Positions 1 to 16,256 are shown, numbered from the stretch's first letter. The stretch is 64,000 bases of DNA from Octopus vulgaris (GCA_951406725.2 OX597825.1:88784001-88848000), one strand, 5' to 3'. Program-made: numbers and translations. Notes: a model not told the origin generated them from the sequence alone.

Positions 1-1311
1 TGTGTTTTACGTTAATACATCATAAACCATTGCAGCTGCAACCATACCTTCACAAACGGTTCACTCCTTTTCAATTTGATTTTTTTTTTGTCATACCTGA
101 TTAATAAAATATTTCTTTTCTTCGACAATGCATTTAAAGCGACTGCGTTGTTAGGATTCTAGTTCCTTCCTTTCATCATTCACGCATATTTTTATTCATT
201 AAAATAAAACTAGCTTCTTTTCCTCTGAAATTAAATATGGTATCCTAGTCGTAAAGGATTTGATTGTATGCTCTTTAATTTCTTTTTTGGTTTACTATCA
301 CCTTCCATATATTTTAGCATCTTGTTTTTTTTTTATCGACTACCAGTTTGCATCGAGTGCAATTATAGAAGTTTAGTTTTTTACCACTATACTTTTAGGA
401 TTTTCAAAGCATTCACATACGTTACAATTGAAATTTTATTATATCTTGGTAGAAAATTAGTAATGCACGACATCAGGGGAAATAGGAATGGCACAGACGA
501 GTGGAAACAGAATTACCTGAGAAATTCAGAAGGATTACAAGGATGTAATAGAAAGACTGAGATCAAAGTGACTTAATTTCTTGCAATATTTTTCCTGTAA
601 TCCATTTCCGAATATTAATCATGAGCAATGCTACAGCAAACACGTGATGAGAAAAACACAAATTTTACAACTTGTGATATAAACACGGCGATGTTACGCT
701 TTACATTGACTCACGAAGGTCGGTGTAAGCTGTCACAGCACACGCAACCGTGTGCTGCCATCTATTGATGTGCTACAGAATTCGTCTGGGAACCTTATGA
801 TACCATCTTGTATTTGATTAATCTTCCTGTTTTGATCAATATTTTTAATCCTTGTTTCTTTAGTAAATATTAGAAACAATTAGAGAATTCTCTTAATTGT
901 TCTATTCACTAATTCTATATCTTCTTGGCGAACTTAAATTTAGGTCTCCGAATTAACAATCAATACCGTACAATCAGTCATGTCGTTATAATAATATTTT
1001 CTGCAATTTGATGTCATTTGTTCTGATTTCCGTTTTAACCTAGAAAATTTCGATAATTACTATTCCACTTTTTCCTTTTATCACAAATATTCTTCTGCAA
1101 ATTCTATCTCATATCTCTACAGCACAAGAATATTGCAGTTTTTTTCTTGTCGTATAGATTCATATAGATAATCTCAGTTAATAGTATAAGACTATAAGAT
1201 AATACTATAAGACTATATCTTTCAAAAAATATTAGAAAGAACGTGCTGACAATGCCTTCACGAACACTTAGCAGGTCTAACTCTTGACGCCCTTCTTCAA
1301 CACACATTATG

Positions 1312-1498
1312 TATGCCGTAATATATATATATATATATGATATATATATATATGGTATCTATATGATATATATATATATATATTATCTAGATATATCATT
1401 TATAGATATATCATATATAGATATATCATATAGATATATCATATAGATATATCATATATAGATATATCATATAGATATATGTATATCTATGATATATA

Positions 1499-1539
<41 letters not shown>

Positions 1540-1553
1540 CTATGATATATATA

Positions 1554-1591
<38 letters not shown>

Positions 1592-1605
1592 CTATGATAT
1601 ATATA

Positions 1606-1685
<80 letters not shown>

Positions 1686-1709
1686 CTATATGTATATCTA
1701 TGATACATA

Positions 1710-1772
<63 letters not shown>
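1312..1772. repeat. Complex (TA)n microsatellite with GATATATCATATA-type variant units
   Basis: Direct reading; source of the spurious YIYI ORF 1678..1893. Confidence 0.95.
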
Positions 1773-1774
<2 letters not shown>

Positions 1775-3654
1775 CGTATTCGTTTGAGTCATCTGTGTAT
1801 CCAATTCCGAGCGATAGTTTTGCCTGGATTGTCGGGAATAGATATTGTTTTTGGAAAATTATTTCCTGCCTCAGTAGTCATATTTTAAAATAACATCTAA
1901 AATTTAACAGAGTCCCGAAAAACCTATTTATGTTAAGTATATGTGGTTTTTTAAATGTTTTTGTATTGTTGTATTAAGCATGGTATGTGGTGTGATTACA
2001 TAGTGTAGACATGTTTTCCGAGTGCTATTTTATATATGCGATATATATGTATATATGCCCGATCGCTTGCTTATCCAAATTTCTCCATATTTCATTTCGT
2101 TTGAAAGCTTTATGTAGTAAACTGAAACTAAACTGTTCGTTTAGTTTCACTTTACAATCCGACTTTTAGATAACCTTGATTTCCTGATGTTTATAACTGC
2201 ATAGTTTATCCATTCCTTTCGTATGTTTCTTTTATCTTCTGTTGAGACGAAGACGTTGGTAAGGTAGCATTTTTCATGCCTAGAAATCCTTGTCAAGAAT
2301 ACTCAATCGATTCTCTTTGAACTCCGTCAGAATATAATAACATGATACATAGAATGGTTGTTTTCTCATTTTTGGAAACATGTACGGTATGTGTGTACAA
2401 TTTCGTTTGTTCTCAATTTTGTAATAATATTTTTTTCCAAAGCGTAAAACCGCAAATCTCTAACAGGTTTATATATATATATATTCTCTTTCGTATATTA
2501 CTGCAGTTATGGACGTTTTTTTTCTGAGAGAAAGAAGATTATAAATCTGTAGATTTCATGGTTCGTTGAACTTAGGATTTCCCTCAGTGAGACACTCAGG
2601 TGTTTATTTTCGATACTTTTTTCTATGCTATTGACATACTTCTGATAACACTATGTGCTTGTTTGATATTTCAACCAGAAGTCTGTGCTTTTATCATTTC
2701 CTGCAGCCGTTCAGTTGTTCGTTTTCTGGATTACAACTTTAATTGATATTCCCTGAAATGTTTAGTCAGGTGTTACATTTGTTGTTTGGAGTAATCTCGC
2801 GGCTGGTCATTCCTGTAATGTCAGCAATCCTTCACAATATTCTGTTTCTCTTCGTTTTTGGTGCTGCATTGATCTCTAGTTTATTTTTGTTGCCTTCTTT
2901 ATAAAATTATTCTGTGTTGGTTTGTTTGTCTAAAAGATCGTTTTCTCTCACATAACCTTGAATGAATGCTTAACGTTCGCTTTCCTTTTATTGCAGCTAT
3001 TTTGCTATCCATGTTTACTTTTTTGTAATGTACTTCTCTTATTTCTCTCTGGCTTCTGTTGTATCTTTTCCATATTGGCTCAGTGCATTGAAGGAGGCAA
3101 AACATACAGCAGTGTCTGAGTTTCGAGGAAAAGATGAAGCTAAAAGCAAAAGAAAATGACACTGGGGGACATTGTCGCCAAGAAATTAGGTGTCTCCCAT
3201 TTTTTCTGTGTTTTACAAGGAGAATTTGCGAGTCATTAGCTGTAGAGGCTTGTGGCAGTTAGCGAAATTATACTGATATATCAACATTTTATTGATGCAG
3301 CATAGCCACATGTTTAAGGAATAGTCTTCACAATCTTTAGGCTGCTGTCTTGATACCGTAATGTGATATGTCAAGCAGCTTTAATTTACAATAACCAGGA
3401 GTCGATCTAAGCCCTACGGGTGAGAGCGGGTTGAATGGAATCCGGCTCGAAAAACTATAATTGTCATCTAAACCTCCTGCATTGCAACAGTAATTCTACT
3501 TCGCGATTACTTCAAACGAACTCATTCTGTGTGAAATACTCTCCTAAAAACGATAGGGAATAGCTCTTTCTCCAGCCATATGCACTCCCTGTTTCTGTGA
3601 TGCATTTATTTTCCCCGATTCTTCGCAGTATTATTCATTTTTACCATTTGATTG

Positions 3655-3770
3655 AACTGGAGCAACGTCAAATAAAGTGTTTTGCTCAAGCACACAATGC
3701 GTTGCCCAATCCAGGTATCGAAACGACAATCTTACGGTCAGGAGTCCAACATTCTAATCAATAAACCAAA
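3655..3770 (-). mobile_element. Degenerate tRNA-derived SINE 5' part with CORE-like segment
   Basis: Minus strand has a tRNA-like head (..GTTTCGATACC..) followed by TGTGTGCTTGAGCAAAACACTTTATTTGACGTTGCTCCAGTTC. Confidence 0.6.
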
Positions 3771-6230
3771 GTGAGTGAGTCCTACAGTTCATCGAATCGC
3801 TGAATTATCGAAACAGACTGGGGTCCATTTTGCTAATGTTATCAATAACAGCGAAAACTCTCAACATATGTTAAAACATAATTCTAGAAAATTTGCAAAA
3901 AGAATAAAGAATCTTGTAAATCCTTCATAAAATTAATCTCAACAAAATAGGGAACTATTTTGCTAAAACATGATTTATCAGTTTCTTTTAATTGCTAAAA
4001 GAAAATAAATCTTCTTAAAACATGTTTTCTTCTGCTTGAAACTTCTTTCTTATATATTTGTTTATTGATCGTTAGTTATCGTGTAGGTTGAATGTCTCTA
4101 GCTATATTCTTTCAATATTGCGATTTGTTTTGGTACTATTTTGTAAACATTATTTTGTACTTTTATTGGATCTTTCCGTTAAAATGTTTTTATTATAATT
4201 TCATTTCACAGTTACCGATGTCCGATTTCCCAGTGAGAGAGAAAATGTACGTGGTTCAATTAGTTCAACACGATACTGCGTTTGTATCAGTTCAATGTTG
4301 CTTCCATTTCTTTTTAAATATAAATGTCACTGAAGAAAAATGCCAGACGCCAAGATTAAAAGAATAATATAATCGGTTTCATGTATGCAAATGGTGCATT
4401 ATTTTCCATGTATTGTTATGTATACAACTGTGAATATCTCAGTGTGTGAATTTGCCTTTATGTGTGTGAATGTGTGTATGAGTGTAACTACGAGTGAGAT
4501 GTATGTAGAAATTACATTGAGAGAGATTGGTTTCACGAAGTGTTATTTTCAATGTAAACCAAAGAACATATAATCCGTCAACACCATTGTGAATTTCTCG
4601 TTAGAAGTTTCGTTTTGGAAACAGAAACCAATATTCGTGCCAACACTGCAGCAATCGAAATCGTTTTCAATCAAATGAACTATTTCAAAAGATGTTCTAT
4701 TTTTATGGTGCTTCAGCCGTAGACAGCGGCTAATTGCGTAGTAGTGGGGCATTAAATTACAAAGTTCTTTTTTTTTATGTCTGTTTGGTAAAGTCAGAAA
4801 TTCTATGCCTGTATAATGAAAACTTATTGTGTTTACTTTTGTTGTGGTGAGGAGAGTTTGGTCAAGATGGTGCGTGCGTGTAAGAGTGATATTTTTGGTG
4901 TCTGAATATATGTGTTTCTATATAGTATACTTATGTATGTTGTGTGAGTGAGGGTGTGAAGAAAGCAGGGGGATAGAGGTAAATATAGTGGTTAATAGCA
5001 GTAAACCGAGAGATTTGGAAGTATTTACTGAGACATCCGACTAAACCATATCGCTCAAAGTTATCTGCGTGGAAATGAAACCCTTGCTCATCAAAACCTT
5101 GAACCGAAGTTTTGCAAAACATGCACTGAGGTATAACAAACTTCACTCAATGGAAATTAATCATAGTCTCGAACAGTTGGCAGTAAATCAAAGTAAGTAA
5201 GAGAAGATTAATTCATTTTACAATGTCTACATATAGTCTGGCCCATGTAGTTGTTGATTAGTGCCAAATCATCCCTAACTGAGGCTAGTCATTTCGCTCT
5301 AACTTCCTATCATCTCTTCGGGTATGCTGTACCTAAAACTGCTTTCTCGGATTAGCGACCCTGATCTTTTGTAAATTCCTAAGTTTGACGTTAAATAATT
5401 ATGACTGCAATATCTAGAAGATCAAAATCTGCACAAAGATTTTCCTTCTTAAACTGTGGAATATATTCTGCGGATATTGTGTTCTCCTGTTTAGTGTATA
5501 ATGTTTAAGGAGTGCAAATGTTATTGAGACGCTGTAAATGAAATTGGTATGTGTCGAAAAGCCAGGATAAGAGGGATATCTTTCTAATGAATAGATGGTT
5601 GTTGTTTTCTAATTAGAATGACGAAGCAAAGCCTATTTGCAAGCACACATGTTGTGCGATTATATACACATCTAATTGGGGACGTTTTGAAATAAATATA
5701 CATTTAATTCAACACCTATGAAACGTTAAACCTCTAATCACAGACTTTTTACACAGTCACACAAATATAAATTTCATATGAATGCATGTAAACATGTATC
5801 TTGAATTTCTTGGTTGTTGTTTATCTTTAAGTAATCCCTGCTCAAATTTTATGTGGTTATAGACATTCCAACCATGACCAAGTCGTCTATTTGTCAACCA
5901 TATTAAACAATATTTGTCATTGCAGAGAAAAACAGTTGCTAATTTTAGGAAATCGAGTAAACAAAGGTTTCCTGCTTGGATTCGATCATGAAAGTCTGTA
6001 CTTATATATAAAATCACAATCTTAGTAGCAAATACAAACAAGGTTAGCAAGGTCTATAAATGAGTTACCGTAATATAACTACCTCCATAGTGTCACACTC
6101 GGGTAAACGCACAGACTTATTTCAGTATGTCTCCTCCATAAATCGTAAGCATCCTGTTATAGACAGATTCATAATCAACATATTTATTGGGACGGGATCA
6201 TGTAGGATTATTGTTGTAACACTTTAATTG

Positions 6231-6264
<34 letters not shown>

Positions 6265-6694
6265 TGTGTAACGGCCTATCTCTCTCACTGTGTATGTCTC
6301 TCTCTTTCTCTCTTTAGATGTGTGTGTGTCAGTCATCAGAAAAATGTATAGTCACACACACACACATACTTGTCAGCCATCACATCTGTATATATGTGGG
6401 TGCGCTTAATTTTTTGAGGCCTAATGTACGTAACGAACGCGCAAACGCACACACTCTTCCAGATACATACACTCTTATACACAGGCACACACACTTGCAA
6501 ACACATACACACTCCTATGCAAAATGTGATGTCGTGGTGGTGGTGGTGGTGGTATGAAATGTCCTTTACTATCGTTGACTATAAAAAATTATTTTAGATA
6601 AACTTTTATATTGTTTTAATCCAAATGAAAATTATTACCTTGTAAAATTTGATTCGATCTGGTCGAGCCGCTTGAGAATGTATAGGAAACAGAC

Positions 6695-6746
<52 letters not shown>

Positions 6747-7039
6747 GGGGGAGTGTCGGCCACGCACATGGTTGAGTTAACCAATAGTGACATTAAACTA
6801 GAAGGTTCGTAGAATTTATCGTGCAGGCTCTAATAGACATTCAAAACAATTTTCGTAAAAAAAAAAAAGTCTTGTGTCAGCAGTCTACATACATTAACAT
6901 TTTATTCTGTCAGTTTTCAGAACAAGAAATATGTTATTGGAAAAAAATTATTCTTCGATATTATCTGCAATATTATTCAATTATTGGAAAGGGTATTGAG
7001 ATAAAATAAAATGACAGATTTGCTGAGTAAGTATCTACA

Positions 7040-7800
7040 AAATACCAACCAGTATGACTTTCGATTTGGCAGAGACAGCTTAATATATCTTCATTATCGG
7101 TTTAACGATATTTTGTTTGCATTTAGAATCCAAACATGTGACATATATCTTAACTTCATTTATGGCTTCAAAATCTGATTCAACGCCTAAATTTTGTTTT
7201 AGAAGCTAACACTGGAGATCTGCTGAGTAGGATTAAATGTTGAGCTGAATCAAACATGTTGAGATTGAAAGAATCCAATCATACCCAATAACGGCCGCTA
7301 GTGATATTTTCAAAGAACTCTCTTGCTCCCAATTCTCTCCTTAATTTTTCATATACGACATCGCAAATGTCATGAAAAACAAAATAAGAATATCGCAGAA
7401 GATGCTAAAATTCGGAAAGATACCAACGGATTAAGCGACGGGGAAACGTTTTAGCTGACCTAGTATGGCAACAAATATTTTCTCTCAGCTTCAAGTGAAC
7501 TTCACACGGAAATTAATAATAACAGAGTATTACACTCGACAAGAATAATTTCGGTTTGAACCATCCACATAAGCAGTAGTAATAACATTGGAATGGCACG
7601 CAGGAGAATCTCTTGCATCCTCAGAATATTCCCCACACCGTTGTACTTAAAATGTTGTTCCATGTGATCTCTTCATTCCATGCAGAGTTTCAAAACTTTT
7701 AGGAAATAATGGCAAAACGGGTTTTTATTCCTTCGCTTTGCTCCTAATATTCAGATTCTGTTCCCACCGAAGTCACTTTGAGCGCTGACGCGTTTTAATA
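7040..7800 (+). pseudogene. Highly decayed CR1/L2-like LINE reverse transcriptase
   Basis: Frameshifted remnants resembling QYGFR, LAPILSLIFIYDI and (F/Y)ADDAKI RT motifs at ~7050-7420. Confidence 0.5.
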
Positions 7801-8233
7801 ACATAAAAAGTATTTCCTAAGTAATTCTACATTGCAGCTCAAATATTACACACAAATTCTAACACTGGAATTCTGTACCACGTGTCACCTTCTATACCAC
7901 AAATCGAACTCACATCATATAACCACACTGTAATACAACTATATAAATCAGCCTCTCTCAATCACAATCCCAATAACAAAAGAACCAATAATATTCTAGA
8001 TGCAACTGGAAAAATTCCGCCAGGAAATAGCAGACAAACCCCCGACACAAGAATTTCAGAGAATAATTCTTTGGAAATTTAACGGATAGTTCTCAAAGTT
8101 GTAGATCTCACAAGATGAGCTGTAACTTGAAAGTTATGTAAGTATATGTATACAAGCCCACACTCTCTCACAGACAAACCCACAAATATTTTGGTGATGG
8201 ATGGATGCGTTTGCGTGTGTAAATATGTATGCG

Positions 8234-8911
<678 letters not shown>

Positions 8912-9242
8912 AAGCATGCTTTTATTTCTTTTAGCCAGAGGTTGTGGCTATTTTGAGACTCACTATTTCTGTGGTTGATTTCTACTTCTCTCAGATTCTA
9001 CCTTCGTGAGTGGCTTTCGCGTTTCGTCCAGGGATGTGTGTTCAGTCAGAAAACAATTTGTCCAAGGTTTGTCTCAGGTGTTTTGGCAAGGAATTGAAAG
9101 GGTTTATGTTCTTTAAACCTGGCCTACCTACAGTACAGGATCCTTACTCTACATAGAGGCTTCGTGGAGGGATCCAATTCGGTTATGATTGTAGCTTTCA
9201 ATTACAATGTTTGGTGCTAAACTCTCCAAGTTCTTTCATATA

Positions 9243-9960
9243 TACAGGATGCTGTGAATAAACTGGCGTCTAAATTACGCAAAGATGAAAACAATACTGA
9301 CATCACATTTTAACAAATATATAAACCAAAACTATATAGAAATAGCTTGAAAGAATAAATTTATTCAATAAAATTGGCATTGGCTCCAATCTTGGCTCGC
9401 AGACGCCTTCGGAATCACCTGCAACACTTCTGAACCGTCTCCTTGTTTAAGCTGGTGAATGCTGCCATAATCCTTGCCTTCAATTCATCTTTGGTGTTGC
9501 AAGGAGTTTTGTTTGCCTCTTGCTCAACTGCACCACACACATATTAATCAAGGGAGTTGCAGTCTGGGGAGTTAGATGGGCAGATGTTAGGGGTGATGTT
9601 GTCAGAGAAATTATCTGACAGCCCTGACTAGGTTCTCCTGCTTGTGTGGCGCGGTTCAGAGTCCTGTTGCCAGACAGAGACTCTTCTAGCAGCCATATAC
9701 TTGAACCAGAGCAACACTACCTCCTCCAGCTACTTGATGTAGGCCTCCATGTTGAATCTGAGGCCTTGTGGGAAGATGAATGGAGGCATAATATCGCCAT
9801 CCTTAGTGATCACTCCAAACACCATGATATTGACTAGATGTTTGATTTTTATCACACTCGGTACATATCTTCAGATTCAACTGTCCTCAGATTGACACCC
9901 AAACACGCGGAAATGTACGTATTGGAGATTCCGGCACGAATTTCAAGCTTTACAGCATGT
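9243..9960 (-). mobile_element. Decayed Tc1/mariner transposon, maT-type (DD37D) transposase C-terminus
   Basis: Minus strand translates VWQQDSEPRHTSRRT*SGLSDNFSDNITPNICPSNSPDCNSLD*YVCG..NKTPCNTKDELKARIMAAF; 37 residues between QQD and the final D; TA-CAGGATG terminus near 9243. Confidence 0.8.
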
Positions 9961-10051
9961 TGTTTCCAAATTTCTGGCTGGAAGTGACCTCAATTGTATA
10001 CATACATATGCCTTTACATTCAAATAGCAAATACGCAACCGATTTAATTTG

Positions 10052-10137
<86 letters not shown>

Positions 10138-10479
10138 TTGAGAGTGAGTGAGAGAGAGAGTATACGTATATATCTGATTCTGTAAATGTATACACTTTTA
10201 GTAATACCCAGCGTTTCGCTCTTGCTTAGTGAGTCAACGTCCTTTATGTAACAGTGATGGATTGCCTCCCACTCTGTTGTTCGATTTGACGCCATGTTGC
10301 AATCATGATTGGGAGAAGTGATCCAGGCGACAGAACACATAGTCTCTCCGCCACCAGCTTGGTTTACTTTTCGCTTCGTTTAAAGTAATGTTATAATCCA
10401 ACCTTCCAGCCACCTACACCTTGTTGACATCTTAAAAAGATGCACATGGAATTAAGCATTATTATTCATGTAGACTTCT

Positions 10480-12430
10480 ATATAGTGACACCATAGTTGC
10501 AATCGTTACCGTCTAATTTGATTGCAATCCCTTTATTGTTTGATAGAGGCGCAGACATTTCTATTGTGCGAAGGTCGTTCTGTAGTTTTGCATTATCATA
10601 ACGACTCTTGACCTCGTCTGCTGTATTTGTAGACCAGTGTAGCTGTGGAATGTTATTGATTCAATCTGAGACAGCTTCCACAAGCAGTATTAAGTGGCGA
10701 CAGAGTTCCCTATGGAACTCCTCCTGGATGTTCCCTCTGAAAGGGTTCAACTGGCTGCAACTTCCTGACTCCTACCGCTTAAATGTCATGCGACAAAGTC
10801 CGTACAGTTTGAGTAATATTCCATGATAAAATTTACTGAATATCTTTGTTAGGTCAAGATACATCTCATTCACGTTTCAACAATTCAGCCGCATTATAAA
10901 TGCATGCACTCGGAATTTGATGGTAGCCGAGGAAGGCAGCAATTTGCTGGAGAGAACGCGTGTCTTGCGTTAGCTTGCACATAGGTTCCTTCACGCAACT
11001 TGATCAGTTTCCTTCTGGCAATGCATTCCATAATTAATATGTGAGGTTAGAGAGATACGTTTATTAGTTTTAATGTCCACACTTATTTCTGCTCTATGGA
11101 CAGGGCATATTCTAACCTTCTTTTGACTGTTTGAGTGGTTTGTCAGAGCTTTCAAACAATCTCTGGAAAGCCATCAGAACCCATTACTGATTTCAAGTTT
11201 AATTTTTCCGATAGCCGATATCCCATCCTTTAATTTTATGCTGATGTAATCGGCAGTTGTCACTTCGTTCAGTAGAGTTACGGTGTTGAGGAACACGCCA
11301 GGCTTATTTATTTGTGTATCTTCTAGTGGAGAAGAAAAGCACTTTCGAATTCTTTACTTAGCATTTCACTAATCCTTTTGGCATTTGTCAGTTAACTCGT
11401 TTCTTCCATCTGTGAACGTATCTTATAATGTATCGAGGCAATTTATTTGAAAAATTGCAGTAAGTTACAGATTGTTTTATATATTTTCAACTGCATTGGA
11501 TTATCCATTTATTGTATTCGTTTCATGGGATAATCTGATGTTGTTTTTGATCCCTGAAATCTTTTAAGTAGGGCTTTATCAAATTGTTTATTTAAGTGTT
11601 TTGAGATCCTTTTAAACTAGAGGCAATTTAGATATTTACTTTGTGGTGTATACCTTCAATTTGCTTTGGACCATACAATGCTGGTTCCGCTATGTCATGG
11701 TCTGAGAAACTCATTTCTGCTGTGTTTCACACCCCTTATGTCAGGAGGCCTCTTTTAGTAGAACCTGCAGGTGACTTGCAATAATTTTGTTCTCTGTTTT
11801 CCTTCTATCTTTGTTTTTAGTCTTAGTTTTTTTCTTCTTTCTTTATAGCCTTCGTCTCTGCCCTGCGTGGTTATTTTCAAGGCGGTTCTCCAATTTTGTC
11901 TCTTGTTTTGCTTATATCTTCGCTTTGGTTAGTACAGTTTTATTCCACTATTTGAGAGATGGTTTTTGTGGTGTTAAGCCTTATGTCTGCTAACTTGGTA
12001 TCATCCTCAGCCGCATCAGTGAGTTCTTCACCGTTTTGGTGTTTTTGATGATTCTGACACTTCTTAGTTACTGATGTTTGTGTCGTCACGTGTTTCAACA
12101 TTATAGTACTTGAATTTGTTCAATAGAATCATAATTTGCTTATCGAGGGTATCGGGACGAATGAACTCCTACTTTGTTCCCCCCCTCCTTCGGCAATTGA
12201 TGTATAGAAACCACAGCTCTCTAATGTGTCTGATATCAGGTTGCTGGTTGGAGCGCCGCCCTAAGCTCTCCAGTGATTACCACGGGGATAAACATTCGTG
12301 GATTTCTTCAATTTGCTATATTAGTCTCTATTGACTATTTGGGATTTTTAGTATATCGCTTCTAATACAATTGGTTTGTTCGGGTCCATTAGGTATTTTT
12401 CGATAGTGAGAGAAATAATTAGGCTGAAAT
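10480..12430 (-). pseudogene. Decayed CR1-like LINE (RT region plus upstream sequence)
   Basis: Minus-strand remnants YLDLTK, GGVP*GTLS and an ADEVK motif at ~10600-10870; upstream extent is uncertain. Confidence 0.5.
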
Positions 12431-14782
12431 CTACTTTATTGTAAATTAATTTCTCCCATTAGTCTCAAGTTGTTGTCAAGTAAATTAAAACGAAATAGCA
12501 AAAGGGAAGAAAATATATTTTATACTCTTCGATCTGCGTATCAAGTTCCTGTCACTTTATTTTGTAAATATAATTTACGAAGTACGGTGTAACCACGTGC
12601 ATTTGTCAATCTCCATATAAAGCGTTACTAAGCCTTGATACTTCATTGGAAGTGGTGTATTTTCTGCATCGTTGATTTTCAGCAATAAACTTGAAGACAT
12701 ATCTAGGATCAATTCTAATCACATGTTTTCGCATACATGTTTGTTTTATATTATAATTGAAAACACAATAATACATTTGGTATCTTTCACATTTTGGTTA
12801 TTTTAGCGAGGCGATCCTTTATTGCTGCTATATACAATCAATATAAACGGAGATTGGAAAATACAAAATACAACTTTTCATAATTTCATGTATGTTGTTT
12901 ATAAGCAAGTTTTAGCTGGAAATTTGATTTTATGGGAAGCAACACGATATATAATTTTCACTGCAGGTAAACGGAAATAAAACTTGAGCGTGTATGGCTA
13001 TGAAAAAAGAGATATAATAAAGAAATACTTATTAAATGTATTGCCCCATAAAATTATATGTAAGCGTGGGACCAAATATGATAGAATATCAAAATTGTAT
13101 CCAACGAACCCAAGGATGTTTTTATATATGTGAGGTAGCATCACGATTAATATACACACATGGGTATACTTTCCGCAAAACAATTACAAAATGCAAAGCT
13201 TGATTATAAATAGATGTGATATGAACAAAGAAATAGTTACCTCCTTTGCCACAACATTAAACAAATGTTATATGTATTATAGCTGTAATTAATTTGAATT
13301 TCTTTTTTTCACATATTTATCTTTCTTTCAGCTTCATATCCATAGCAATAACATACACTGTTTTGTTACATATCTTTTGATAAACTATTTACCATCGGGA
13401 TTGAGCTAAGATATTGAATTATCTGCTTCACGTTCCTTTTGTTTATTCAAAATAATTGTCGGTGGAAAATAGTGACAGAATAACAATACAAGGTATCGTC
13501 GAAGACACATATTGTGGCCTACAATTGATTCTTCAACAGGATTGTTCCGAATAGAACACCAGATCTTCTACGCCTACCCAGTAACCATTTTCTGTCGATA
13601 ATTTGCAATGTGCTGATTCTTTGTATGTGCCTTATTCAATTATTTTAAGCATTTTGTCTGTAAAATTGTTCCATTTTATTTTTATTTTGTATTCTATTAT
13701 AATCACAAAATATTCTGTAAAAATGCAATCTCAGTAATTATCCGAATTAAGAATATTTATTTGATATAAGTGAAATATATTATTTTCTTTTCTTTTCTTC
13801 ATCATCTTAAATAAAATTCCACTTAAAGTTGGACAATATTCAAACTTTTTAATCAAAAAACTTTCGAGAAACTTAAAATGTTTAAAATAATATATTTAAT
13901 AAAACAGGCAAAACAGAAATGATTCTAAGAAACAGAGAAAACGGAAGTCATTACTTTTTAACATTTTATTTTTACTAAAACACAAACTATCCTCTTCTCT
14001 TTACGTCAATTTACTATTTCAATCTTACATATATTTTAGGCAAATCTGCCACATTGAAATAATGTTTATTGTACTTCTTCAGGAACACGAAGCAATATTT
14101 TTTGATTTTATGATTTTCCTGATTTTGTAGCAGTTTTGGTCGAAGCAAGTTATAATAATTTAAAAGTTACAGTTTTTATGGCATAATAAATGGTTTATTC
14201 TTTGTTTTGTTAATACTATTTTACCTAGCAGACGAATTTCATTATCTGAATTTCAGAGTTTTGCAGACATTAAGAATATTTGGTAAAAATTAATGTGTAA
14301 AGAATAATTTTGTAGCAAATATATTTATATATGTGGTTGCGTATGAAGACATGTGTGTGTGTGTCTGTGTGTGTGTGCCTGTGTGGGTGTATCGAAGATA
14401 TGTATTAGTTCAGACTCATAGAATTAGTAGAGTATTAGAAGGGAGACCAGATAAGCAGTAAATCCCCCAACATATTGCTGGTATCAGTAATTAGGAGTGC
14501 AGAATTTGTGAAGAGGGATACTTTGAAAAAATAGTGAATACATAGAAATCTCGAAATAGGAACTAACGACAAGCATATTTGACATTAGCTTTATTGATGA
14601 GAAGAAATTCATTTTCTTATTTATATGTATTTATGAAAATGTGTGTGTTAACGTCAATATTTATATCACTTATTAACATAATTACAATAAAAACACATAC
14701 AGGAAGTAACATGCACACACATACACACGAAAATTTGTTGCATAATGTGTGTGGGTGAGTGTTTATGTGTGAGTGTGTGAAT

Positions 14783-14819
<37 letters not shown>

Positions 14820-15377
14820 AGTGTGCGTGTGACTTGGTATGATACCTAACTTGACAACGAATGATCGTTTCATATCTTTCATAGTCCTAAATTTGTCTCA
14901 TCCGCCAAACAGTAACCGATCCTTCCAGCCTCTGCTAAGCGACCTCCACCAATTCTCTAAACCCCTTCGTCATTGCTTCTATAAGCAGCACTGACCCTCA
15001 CTTCCCATTCCATTCCACAAAGGTATTTAGTGAATCTACCCCAAATCAATCCCAACTAAATTGAAGATATTATGTTACATACACGACAAGGGTTACATTC
15101 AAGGTGATCCGTGCATCTCGCCGCAACAAGAACTTCACAGACGTTGGCAATAACTCCTATATTGCTCTCAAACATTTCATCTTCACTTCATATCTTTTAT
15201 TCAACACGCATCCTCCATCACTAAACGAATATATCGGGATAATTGGACAGATGATGCAGTTTATCACTCACAAGGAGGTCAAATGTTCTAACCCGGTCAA
15301 ACTATCTTCCTAATGCACTCACGTGCAATGTCTCAAATGTAATGAAGCCATTGTTAACAACATTCTACCACACGTTG

Positions 15378-15423
<46 letters not shown>

Positions 15424-15633
15424 ATGTAATTGAGCAATCTTCGACCTGATTGTAACCAGCGGCGCCCTCTTATAACAATCACATGAAATAGATAATAGAT
15501 AATAGAATTTTATAGATTATAATTTACAATTATGCTTATTGTACTTTTAATATAGATAGATAGAGAGAGAGAGAGAGATAGGTAGATAGAGATAGGTAGA
15601 TAGAGATAGACAGATAGATAGATAGATAACTTT

Positions 15634-16115
15634 CTTTATTGACCACACAGGACTGAACACAGAGGGGACAAATACAAATGTAGAGCTTTTCCTTTTGAAA
15701 ATGGAAAAGTAAAAGGCCAAAAAAAAAAAGGAACAAATGTAAAATTCCGATCAAGAGGAATCGGGAAAAAAAGTGATCAAAAGGGATCGTGTATCAAAGG
15801 AAAATAATTTTTTTAAAAAGTAACAAGGAAGATTAAGTTTAGCTATGGAAAGAGAAGATAGATAGATAGATAACTTTATTGGCCACAAAGGGCTGAACAC
15901 AGAGGGGACAAATACAAATGTAGAACTTTTATTTTCGAAGATGGAAAAAGAAAAAGGAAAAAAATGGGAACAAATGTAAAATTCTGTTCAAAAGGGATCG
16001 GAAAAAAAGGTGATCAAAAGGGATCATGTATCACAGAAACATTTTTTTTTAAAGTAAAAATTAAGATTAGGTTTATCCGTGGAAAGAAAAGCCTTCAGAA
16101 AAGACCACGGTAACG
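15634..16115 (-). mobile_element. Two tandem copies (~240 bp) of a retroelement 3' end, each ending in an (ATCT)n tract
   Basis: Units 15634-15856 and 15874-16110 are clearly homologous (CTGAACACAGAGGGGACAAATACAAATGTAGA.., GGGATC.TGTATCA..). Confidence 0.7.
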
Positions 16116-16123
16116 TCAGGCAG

Positions 16124-16256
<133 letters not shown>

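Noticed and set aside
1780-3400. Strand-biased region suggestive of an old LINE on the minus strand
   Set aside because: No diagnostic motif could be recovered
12540-13640. Possible host-gene exons in non-repetitive sequence
   Set aside because: Only short ORFs, no recognisable domain and no consistent splice-frame chain
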